Positions 26,314 to 33,060 of a DNA stretch of 33,060 nt are shown piece by piece. Origin of the DNA: Candidatus Magasanikiibacteriota bacterium (lineage in GTDB: Bacteria > Patescibacteriota > Patescibacteriia > Magasanikbacterales > UBA922); the NCBI GenBank assembly GCA_041674805.1, contig JBAYVA010000002.1, positions 149,234 to 182,293 of the forward strand, given 5' to 3'. Positions within the stretch are counted from its first letter, which is position 1; the number at the start of each line of letters is the position of its first letter. The translations under genes were made by a program, and so were the position numbers. Under the pieces are notes generated by a model. The model was not told where the DNA came from. It saw only the letters and a program-made list of their open reading frames with translations, and did no database searches.

Positions 26314-28110
26314 ATGTCAGAACAAAATAACTTGGAGAAAATGCGTCACTCTTGTGCGCATGTGGTGGCAGCGGCCATCAAAGAGCTTTACCCAAATGCT
26401 AAATTTGGCGTAGGCCCAGTAGTTGAAAACGGATTTTTTTATGATGTAGATTTGGACACTACACTTAGTGATGCTGATTTGAAAAATATTCAAAAAACAG
26501 CGCAATCTATTATAAATAAAAACATAGCTTTTGAAAGACAAGATATGCCAATTGATGAGGCTATTAGTCTTTTTGCTAGTATGAATCAAGACTACAAAGT
26601 ATCACTCTTAAAAGATTTGAAAGAACGTGGTACAACTAAGATGAGTGAGGAAGAATTGCAAGATGTTGGTGGTTCTATTGAAAATGTTTCAATCTATAAG
26701 ACTGGAGATTTCACAGATCTTTGTCGTGGTCCTCATGTAGAAAGTACTAAAGAAATTGGTGCTTTCAAACTTACCAAAATTGCTGGAGCTTATTGGAGAG
26801 GTGATGCCAACAATCCACAACTACAACGTATTTATGGTGTTTGTTTTGAAACCAAAGAACAAATGGCTGAGTATTTTCACATGATGGAAGAAGCCGAAAG
26901 ACGTGACCATAGAAAGTTGGGACAAGAATTGGAATTGTTTACTTTTTCAGATTTGGTGGGTCCAGGTTTGCCACTTTTTACTGATAGAGGAACTGTAATG
27001 CGTCGTGTTTTGGAAGAGTTTGTTTGGTCACTTATGAAACCATTTGGTTATGCTAGAGTTTGGATTCCTCATATTGCCAAATCTGATTTGTATAAGACTT
27101 CTGGACATTGGGATAAATTTGCTGATGATATTTTCCATGTTTCTAGTTGTAAGACTGACCAAGAGTTTGTGATGAAGCCAATGAACTGTCCTCACCATAC
27201 TCAGATTTTTGCTAGTCGTCCTCGTTCTTACAGAGAAATGCCGATTCGTATGAGTGAAGTGACTACAGTTTATCGAGATGAAAATGCAGGACAACTTCAA
27301 GGACTTTCTCGTGTGCGTTCTATTACCCAAGATGATGCTCATGTTTTCTGTCGACTAGATCAAGTCGAACAAGAAGTAGCTAATATCTGGAGTATTATCA
27401 AAGATTTTTACAAAGCTTTTGATATGCCACTTTCTATTTATCTTTCTTTGCGTGATAGTGAAAACAAAGAAAAATATCTTGGTACAGATGAAGTTTGGAA
27501 TACTGCTGAAAATTCTTTGCGCAATTTCCTCAAATCACAAAATTTGGAATTTATTGAGCAAGAAGGCGAAGCTGCTTTCTATGGTCCAAAGATTGATTTC
27601 CGTGCCAAAGATGCTATTGGTCGTTATTGGCAACTTGCCACAGTCCAGCTTGATTTCAATTTACCAGAAAGATTTGAACTTGAATATGTAGATAAAAATA
27701 ATGAAAAACAAAGACCGGTGATGCTTCATCGTGCAATTTTGGGTTCAGTTGAAAGATTTATGAGTGTGCTTATTGAGCATTACGCCGGCGCTTTTCCAGT
27801 TTGGCTTGCACCTGTGCAAGTTCACTTTGTGCCAGTTTCAGAAAAACATATTGAAGGTACTCGTGAATTGCTCGCTGAGTTTGATAAGATTGGACTTCGT
27901 GTTAGTATGGATGAGGCAGATGAAACTGTGGGTAAGAAAATTAGAAATGCTTCCAAGCAAAAAACTCCTTATGTAGTTGTAGTCGGTGATAAAGAATTGG
28001 CTGGTGAAGATTGGCAAATCAGAGTCTTTGGTCAAGAGGAACAGATTACTATGAGTAAGGAAGAATTTGTGAAGAAAGTGAAAAGTGAGAATGATGATAG
28101 AAAGGCGTAA
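26314..28110 (+). CDS. thrS: threonine--tRNA ligase (lacks the N-terminal TGS domain)
   Basis: The protein starts directly at the editing-domain motif RHSCAHVV. It has class II motifs (FRAKDAIGRYWQLATVQLDF, HRAILGSVERF) and an anticodon-binding C-terminus. Confidence 0.96.
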   Translation: MSEQNNLEKMRHSCAHVVAAAIKELYPNAKFGVGPVVENGFFYDVDLDTTLSDADLKNIQKTAQSIINKNIAFERQDMPIDEAISLFASMNQDYKVSLLKDLKERGTTKMSEEELQDVGGSIENVSIYKTGDFTDLCRGPHVESTKEIGAFKLTKIAGAYWRGDANNPQLQRIYGVCFETKEQMAEYFHMMEEAERRDHRKLGQELELFTFSDLVGPGLPLFTDRGTVMRRVLEEFVWSLMKPFGYARVWIPHIAKSDLYKTSGHWDKFADDIFHVSSCKTDQEFVMKPMNCPHHTQIFASRPRSYREMPIRMSEVTTVYRDENAGQLQGLSRVRSITQDDAHVFCRLDQVEQEVANIWSIIKDFYKAFDMPLSIYLSLRDSENKEKYLGTDEVWNTAENSLRNFLKSQNLEFIEQEGEAAFYGPKIDFRAKDAIGRYWQLATVQLDFNLPERFELEYVDKNNEKQRPVMLHRAILGSVERFMSVLIEHYAGAFPVWLAPVQVHFVPVSEKHIEGTRELLAEFDKIGLRVSMDEADETVGKKIRNASKQKTPYVVVVGDKELAGEDWQIRVFGQEEQITMSKEEFVKKVKSENDDRKA

Positions 28111-28128
28111 AATTTGAAAAAGACGTTT

Positions 28129-28163
28129 GTAGGGACAGGTCGCGACCTGTCCCTACTGTTTTA
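28129..28163 (+). terminator. intrinsic terminator after thrS
   Basis: Perfect 12-bp GC-rich stem gtagggacaggt-cgcg-acctgtccctac followed by tgtttt. Confidence 0.8.
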
Positions 28164-28169
28164 GAAAAA

Positions 28170-28201
28170 TAAACCACTCGTGTTTGAACGAGTGGTTTTT
28201 G
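28170..28201 (-). terminator. intrinsic terminator after the CaCA antiporter gene (bidirectional)
   Basis: Hairpin ccactcg-tgtttgaa-cgagtgg (28174-28195) with T-rich tracts on both strands. Confidence 0.65.
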
Positions 28202-28251
28202 TTTGCAGTTTAGTAGATTGTTACGTGTTATGTGTCTCGTGAAGTTTCATA

Positions 28252-29202
28252 TTATTTTACAATAATAAAAGTCACATAAGCTACATAAATTAATACAAAC
28301 ATAATACCTTGCCATCTTTCTAATTTGTGTTTTTGTCCAATAAACATGAAAAGGAAAAGTAAAAAAGTAACGAAACAAGAAAACAAAATATCAAAGTTGA
28401 TACTGGCATCTACTGGTAAAGGTGTGATAGTAGCAGTCAGTCCCAAAATCCAAAAGACATTGAAAATATTACTACCAACAACATTGCCAATTGCGATGTC
28501 AGCTTGTTTGCGCATAGCAGCGATGACACTAGTAGCTAGTTCTGGTAAAGATGTTCCTACAGCGACTATAGTCAGACCAATAAGTCTTTCTGACATACCT
28601 GCTAATTTGGCTAATATGATAGCATTATCTACGATAAGTTTTCCACCAAGAATAAGACCTGTTAAACCTAATATTACTAATAAAATAGAATGAAGCGTTT
28701 TGTAAACTTTTACTTCTTCTGTTTCTTCAGTGGATTTACTCATGCCAAAAGTATAGTATAAGAAAATAATAAAAAATCCTATTAAAGTAATTCCTTCTGT
28801 TTTGTTTAAAACATTTTCCCCCATTTTATTTACAAAAAAATCATTGGCAAATAATGCTACCAATAATACTGCTAAAAGAGCAAAAGGTATTTCTTTGTAA
28901 GTCGTTGCTTTTTTTACGGCCAAAGGAAACACAATTGCGGAAATTCCCAAAATAAGTAAAATGTTGGCAATGTTACTACCAATAATATTACCAATGGCGA
29001 TATCCGTAGTACCTTTGTAAGCTGAGAGTAAGTTGACTACCATTTCAGGCATAGAAGTACCAAAAGCTACTACGGTTAGTCCAATTACCATAGAAGAAAT
29101 ACCAAGTTTTTTAGCCAAAGAAGCTGCACCTTTGACTAGGGTGTCTGCTCCATAAATTAAAATAGCAATACCGACGATTAGAAACAAAATTGTTATGATC
29201 AT
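28252..29202 (-). CDS. Ca2+/cation antiporter (CaCA family, YrbG-like Na+/Ca2+ exchanger)
   Basis: 316-aa polytopic protein with two alpha-repeats: GNIIGSNIANILLILG and GNVVGSNIFNVFWILG. Confidence 0.88.
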   Translation of the reverse strand: MIITILFLIVGIAILIYGADTLVKGAASLAKKLGISSMVIGLTVVAFGTSMPEMVVNLLSAYKGTTDIAIGNIIGSNIANILLILGISAIVFPLAVKKATTYKEIPFALLAVLLVALFANDFFVNKMGENVLNKTEGITLIGFFIIFLYYTFGMSKSTEETEEVKVYKTLHSILLVILGLTGLILGGKLIVDNAIILAKLAGMSERLIGLTIVAVGTSLPELATSVIAAMRKQADIAIGNVVGSNIFNVFWILGLTATITPLPVDASINFDILFSCFVTFLLFLFMFIGQKHKLERWQGIMFVLIYVAYVTFIIVK

Positions 29203-29250
29203 AAAGAAACTTATTTTTTAGTTAAAATTTTATTATATTTTGTGGAAAAA

Positions 29251-29394
29251 ATTGTTACATTGCTACATTATTTAAATAGTCACTTTAAATTTAAAAAGTT
29301 GGCGATTTGCGTAAAACGTTTAAATGGTTACATTGTCACATTGTCAAATTGTTGGTTAGACAAAGGAAGTAATGTAACAATTTAGCAATTTAAC
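29251..29394. repeat. TTACATTG / CAATGTAA 8-mer word arrays in direct and inverted orientation
   Basis: The arrays are attgttacattgctacatta (29251-29270), ggttacattgtcacattgtcaaattgttgg (29326-29355) and the inverted aatgtaacaatttagcaatttaac (29371-29394). There is an 11-nt perfect complement between 29251-29261 and 29371-29381. Confidence 0.7.
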
Positions 29395-29465
29395 CATGAA
29401 AACATTGGAAAATTATTGAACTTTCAAATTTGAGGTAAGCATCTTAAGGATGCAACAATTATACA

Positions 29466-30749
29466 TTATTTCAACTCTAAAACCAACAACCCTTCAATGT
29501 GAGGAGTTTTTGGGAAGAAGTTGTAAATAGTAGCATCAATTATTTTGTATTTTTCAGCTAATTTTTTGACATCGCGAGCTTGGGTAGATATATTGCAAGA
29601 TAAGTAAATGATTTTTGGCGGTAGGACTTCTAGAATTTTATCAGTGACTTTGTCATGCATCCCAGCTCGTGGTGGATCAACAATAAGAATTTTGTCAGAA
29701 GTAATAAGTTCAGTAATTTTTTCAGCTGGTTTGCAAAAGCTTTCCACATTTTTTAATTTGTTTAATTTAATATTTTCTTTAGCATAATCAATAGCTTCTT
29801 CATTGTTATCTACTAAAGTTAATTCTTTAAAATTTTGTGCAAGAGGTAAACCAATAGAGCCAACACCAGAATAAAAGTCCAAAGCTTTTTCATTTTTTCC
29901 AATATGTCTTGCAATTTGTGTTAAACATTTTTGAAAAATTGGCATGTGAATTTGGAAAAAACTAAGTAGTCCAAATTTTAATTTTGTTCCATCAATATCA
30001 GCAATTAAATAATCTTGTCCAGAAGTATATAATAATGCTGTTGGCACTGAAGCAGGGGATTTGTGAGTAGAATAATACAATTGAAAACCTAACAAGTTTT
30101 CTTTGGCTTCAGGATAATCAGAAAATTCCAATTTGTCCTTGATAAACAAAGCGGCAATAGCTTGACCTTTTCCGTTACTTCTAAGGATAAGAGTTTTCAA
30201 ACTACGCATTGGAATACTGTTTTTGTTTACCCAATTTAATATTTCTTTGGCTGTCGTATTTATGATTTCTTCTGCCAAAATAGAGCCAGACACAGCGATT
30301 CTTTGTTTGCCACCTCTATGAAAAAAAGCTAGTGATTTAGTGCCATCTGCTAATTCAGTAAAACTAAATTCCATTTTGTTACGGTAATTTCTGTCTAAAT
30401 CATCATAAACTAGGGGAATATCTAAATCTTGAAAAATTTCACCACCTAATTTTTTGTAGGTTTCTTCGGTAATTTCTTTTTTCCATTGATTTTCATTTTT
30501 GTAAGATATAATTTGCCAAGGTGATGTAGATAAAAATTCTTTTTCTTCAGCTTCAATTCTATCTGGTGAGGCTTGGATAATCTTGGTAGCTACAGCCTCA
30601 GAATAATCTTTTTGTTGCTTGATTATCTGGTATTCTACTTCTTCGCCAGGTAGAGCATTCCACACAAAAATGACTTGTTTGTCACGTCTAGCTAAACCTT
30701 GTCCTCCAAAGACTAATTTTTCGATTTTTAGAGTATTCATAATGAACAT
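29466..30749 (-). CDS. TRAM-domain RNA (uracil-5-)-methyltransferase (RumA/RlmD/TrmA family)
   Basis: Has an N-terminal TRAM-like segment, the SAM-fold motif VDPPRAGM, the catalytic Cys in YLSCNISTQARD, and a C-terminal FFPKTPHIE. The RumA Fe-S cysteines are not evident. An alternative start is at 30740. Confidence 0.85.
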   Translation of the reverse strand: MFIMNTLKIEKLVFGGQGLARRDKQVIFVWNALPGEEVEYQIIKQQKDYSEAVATKIIQASPDRIEAEEKEFLSTSPWQIISYKNENQWKKEITEETYKKLGGEIFQDLDIPLVYDDLDRNYRNKMEFSFTELADGTKSLAFFHRGGKQRIAVSGSILAEEIINTTAKEILNWVNKNSIPMRSLKTLILRSNGKGQAIAALFIKDKLEFSDYPEAKENLLGFQLYYSTHKSPASVPTALLYTSGQDYLIADIDGTKLKFGLLSFFQIHMPIFQKCLTQIARHIGKNEKALDFYSGVGSIGLPLAQNFKELTLVDNNEEAIDYAKENIKLNKLKNVESFCKPAEKITELITSDKILIVDPPRAGMHDKVTDKILEVLPPKIIYLSCNISTQARDVKKLAEKYKIIDATIYNFFPKTPHIEGLLVLELK

Positions 30750-30763
30750 ATTTTAGCAGAGTT

Positions 30764-30778
30764 TAGACAATTTGTCTA
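30764..30778. promoter_or_regulatory. perfect 7-1-7 palindrome overlapping the -35 box (operator candidate)
   Basis: TAGACAA-t-TTGTCTA. The right half is the -35 of the promoter at 30772-30799. Confidence 0.35.
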
Positions 30779-30799
30779 TGACTAATTTTGTGGTATAAT
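30772..30799 (+). promoter_or_regulatory. promoter candidate for the four-helix-bundle gene
   Basis: TTGTCT, a 16-nt spacer, then an extended -10 TGGTATAAT (TATAAT at 30794-30799). Confidence 0.55.
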
Positions 30800-30806
30800 G
30801 TGAGAA

Positions 30807-30854
30807 GTTATAACGTTATAACGTTATAACGTTGTAATGTTGTAAAGTTCTTTT
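30807..30854 (+). repeat. phased 8-nt tandem array (GTTNTAAN x6)
   Basis: Reads gttataac x3, then gttgtaat, gttgtaaa and gttctttt, followed by att and the ATG at 30858. Confidence 0.85.
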
Positions 30855-30857
30855 ATT

Positions 30858-31202
30858 ATGAAAATTGAGAAATTTGAAGATATAATATCTTGGCAGAAGA
30901 GTAAAATTTTGGTAAAGGATATTTATGAAGTTTTCAAAAATTGTCGAGATTTTGGTTTTAAGGATCAGATACAAAGAGCAGGAATTTCCATTATGAATAA
31001 CATTGCTGAAGGATTTGAAAGGAGAACTAACAAAGAATTAATAAATTTTTTGTACATGGCAAAAGGATCCTGTGCGGAAGTTCGTTCTATGTTGTATGTT
31101 GCCTTGGATTTACAATATATAAATAAAAATAAATTTGATGAATGGTATAAATTGACTGATGACATTTCACGGTTAATTTCAGGTTTTATTAAGACATTAT
31201 AA
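30858..31202 (+). CDS. four-helix-bundle protein (23S rRNA intervening-sequence protein family; Avd-like fold)
   Basis: 114 aa. The segments FKDQIQRAGISIMNNIAEGFERRTNKELINFLYMAKGSCAEVRSML are characteristic of this family. Confidence 0.85.
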   Translation: MKIEKFEDIISWQKSKILVKDIYEVFKNCRDFGFKDQIQRAGISIMNNIAEGFERRTNKELINFLYMAKGSCAEVRSMLYVALDLQYINKNKFDEWYKLTDDISRLISGFIKTL

Positions 31203-31230
31203 CTTTATAACATTATAACTTTTAACTACT
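31195..31230 (+). repeat. 8-nt tandem array (CNTTATAA-type) filling the whole spacer to the VIT gene
   Basis: Reads cattataa|ctttataa|cattataa|cttttaa|ctact, then the ATG at 31231. It overlaps the TAA stop at 31200-31202. Confidence 0.8.
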
Positions 31231-31950
31231 ATGGTCATTCCTCACAATCCCAATTATATTCATCACACACAAGGAAAAATTTCTTCCTCACTTTTACGTG
31301 AGATTGTCTTTGGTTTGGAAGATGGTATGGTTTCCACTTTGGGAGCTGTCACTGGTATTGCCTCGGCAACAGGTAGCCAATTTAGTACACTACTATCTGG
31401 TTTGGTTGTTGTTTCTGTGGAATCTATTTCTATGGCAGTTGGTTCTTATTTGTCCAATAAATCAGAAAAAGATACTGACAATAGAAAACTTTTTGAAGAA
31501 AAAGAAGAATTGCATCAATTTCCTGAAGATGAAAAAGAAGAATTGTTTACTATGTATGTAGAAGATGGATGGCCAAAAAAAATGGCTGAAGAAATGTCAC
31601 TTGTTGCTTCCAAAAATCATGATTTATTTTTGAAGGAAATGGCTTATCGTGAGTTAGAAATTATTCCTGATATGGTAGATTATCCTATAAAAAAAGCCAG
31701 TGTAATGTTTTTTTCTTATCTTATTGGTGGTGCAGTACCTCTTACCCCATATATTCTTTTGCCTATTTCTGAGGCTATCCCAGTTTCTATTGTTTTTACT
31801 TTGCTTGGTTTATTTTTACTGGGTATTTTTACTACCAAATTTACTAAGCGTAAATGGTGGAAAGCAGGACTCGAAATGACGGCTTTGGCTTCATTAGCTG
31901 CTTTGATCGGTTATTTTGTGGGACAATTGGTGGATGGATTTTTGAAGTAA
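31231..31950 (+). CDS. VIT1/CCC1-family iron/manganese transporter
   Basis: Has the N-terminal LREIVFGLEDGMVSTLGAVTG motif, an acidic cytoplasmic loop and C-terminal TM helices typical of the VIT family. Confidence 0.82.
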   Translation: MVIPHNPNYIHHTQGKISSSLLREIVFGLEDGMVSTLGAVTGIASATGSQFSTLLSGLVVVSVESISMAVGSYLSNKSEKDTDNRKLFEEKEELHQFPEDEKEELFTMYVEDGWPKKMAEEMSLVASKNHDLFLKEMAYRELEIIPDMVDYPIKKASVMFFSYLIGGAVPLTPYILLPISEAIPVSIVFTLLGLFLLGIFTTKFTKRKWWKAGLEMTALASLAALIGYFVGQLVDGFLK

Positions 31951-31957
31951 AAATTAT

Positions 31958-31991
31958 TAAAAAACAAAGTATTTTATACTTTGTTTTTTTG
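31958..31991. terminator. bidirectional terminator between the VIT gene and xth
   Basis: 10-bp stem aaacaaagta-tttta-tactttgttt (31962-31986), flanked by A- and T-runs. Confidence 0.65.
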
Positions 31992-31992
31992 T

Positions 31993-32772
31993 TTACAAAT
32001 CAATCTCAATTCCCACCGGACAATGATCTGATCCTTTTACTTCATCCCAAATAAAAGTTTTCTTAATTTTGTTGACTAATCTTTCACTAACCAACACATA
32101 ATCAATACGCCAGCCGACATTTCTAGTTCTCGCGCCAGCACGAAAGCTCCACCAACTGTATTGTACTTTGTCGGGATTGAATTTACGGAAAGTATCGACA
32201 AAACCAGATGAAGTAAATTTGCTCATCCATTTTCTTTCTTCTAGTGTATAACCTGCATTACCTTCGTTTGGTTCTGGTCTAGCCAGATCAATTGGTTCAT
32301 GGGCCACATTGTAATCACCAACCGCGATGACTGGTTTTTTCTTATCTAGTTTTTTGATATATTTGAGGAAAGCGTCATTGAACTCTTCTTTGAAATCTAG
32401 ACGAGACAAATCATCACGAGTGTTTGGGAAATAACAATTGACGAAATAGAAATCTGCAAACTCTAGAGTCTGAGTTCGTCCTTCATCATCAAATTTTTCT
32501 ATGCCAAGTCCTGTAGTGTGTGTAATAAACTTTTTTTGTGCATCTGACTTATCTTTGATAAGTGTCATTGTGCCAGAGTAGCCTGGTTTCTTAGCCGAGT
32601 ACCAATTTTCTGCGTAGTTGGCGAAGTCAAAGATTTCTTTTTCTCTGTGCAAATCACCAATTTTCACTTCTTGCAAACCTAAAATGTCGGGTTTTTTGTT
32701 TTTCAAAAAATCTGTAAAGCCTTTTTTGACTACAGCGCGAATGCCGTTGATGTTCCAGGAGAGTATTAACAT
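31993..32772 (-). CDS. xth: exodeoxyribonuclease III (AP endonuclease)
   Basis: Contains MLILSWNINGIRA, LQEVK, GDYNVAH, RIDYVL and the SDHCPV motifs of the ExoIII/EEP family. Confidence 0.94.
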   Translation of the reverse strand: MLILSWNINGIRAVVKKGFTDFLKNKKPDILGLQEVKIGDLHREKEIFDFANYAENWYSAKKPGYSGTMTLIKDKSDAQKKFITHTTGLGIEKFDDEGRTQTLEFADFYFVNCYFPNTRDDLSRLDFKEEFNDAFLKYIKKLDKKKPVIAVGDYNVAHEPIDLARPEPNEGNAGYTLEERKWMSKFTSSGFVDTFRKFNPDKVQYSWWSFRAGARTRNVGWRIDYVLVSERLVNKIKKTFIWDEVKGSDHCPVGIEIDL

Positions 32773-32778
32773 AATTTA

Positions 32779-33060
32779 TTAAATTAAATATTTTTTACCA
32801 TACTGCTTCATCGCATCTATCACAGTTTTTAGTCCGTGACCTTTGTCTGTCAGTTCATAACTGCCGTTTGAGTTTTTTTCTAGCATTTTTTCTTCTTGAA
32901 GTTTTTTTAATTTGAGTGTTAGAGTTCGTGTCGAAATACCTTCAAGACTTTTTTCCAAATCACAAAAGCGTTTGCTAGTATTTTGCAAATTATAAACAAT
33001 ATGCATAGTCCAAAAATCTGACAAAATATCGATAGTACTAGAAATTGGACATTTGTGATT
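32779..33060 (-). CDS. HxlR-family winged-helix transcriptional regulator (5' end outside the window)
   Basis: The reading frame stays open to the window edge: NHKCPISSTIDILSDFWTMHIVYNL...RFCDLEKSLEGISTRTLTLKLKKLQEEKMLEK matches the HxlR pattern. The TTG at 33024 is probably not the start. Confidence 0.78.
   Translation of the reverse strand, partial: NHKCPISSTIDILSDFWTMHIVYNLQNTSKRFCDLEKSLEGISTRTLTLKLKKLQEEKMLEKNSNGSYELTDKGHGLKTVIDAMKQYGKKYLI

Noticed and set aside
6635-31230. The tandem word arrays might be CRISPR arrays.
   Set aside because: Their periods are 7-9 nt with no unique spacers, each array is under 50 nt, and there are no cas genes.

Overview
This is a gene-dense, low-GC (roughly one-third G+C by eye) stretch of a streamlined bacterial chromosome, read under the standard code (TGA is used as a stop at 9264). 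It is almost entirely housekeeping genes:
- translation and ribosome: L25, rplK, prfA-prmC, rpmE, rpsB-tsf, thrS, a RumA-like methyltransferase
- replication and repair: gyrB, xth
- transcription and secretion: secE-nusG
- envelope and pilus: a SEDS (RodA/FtsW) protein, ftsH, a PilB/GspE ATPase flanked by two unknown membrane proteins
- small-enzyme and transporter genes, plus an HxlR regulator cut by the window edge

The gene content, small intergenic spacers, near-total lack of Shine-Dalgarno (SD) sequences and an rplK gene not followed by rplA suggest a CPR/Patescibacteria (Parcubacteria-like) organism. That assignment is inference only. I see no rRNA, tRNA, CRISPR, transposase, integrase or phage genes. 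Canonical sigma70 promoters (several perfect TTGACA-17-TATAAT), many intrinsic terminators and a Thr (ACC) T-box leader upstream of thrS are readable.

The most unusual content is non-coding:
- Nearly every UTR is built from phased, degenerate 7-9-nt tandem 'word' arrays, and the same word families recur at distant loci.
- A 9-nt-period pyrimidine-rich array (RRGCMTTTY x4-5) abuts the start codons of secE, rplK, rpmE and a CNNM transporter gene, always in sense orientation.
- An ATCTGTA array plus ATG upstream of prfA is duplicated as an orphan copy 2.1 kb away.
- A GC-rich hairpin element occurs twice. One copy is in frame inside prmC and one forms the C-terminal tail of a DUF3048 gene.

All alignments are by eye and none of these elements could be checked against databases.
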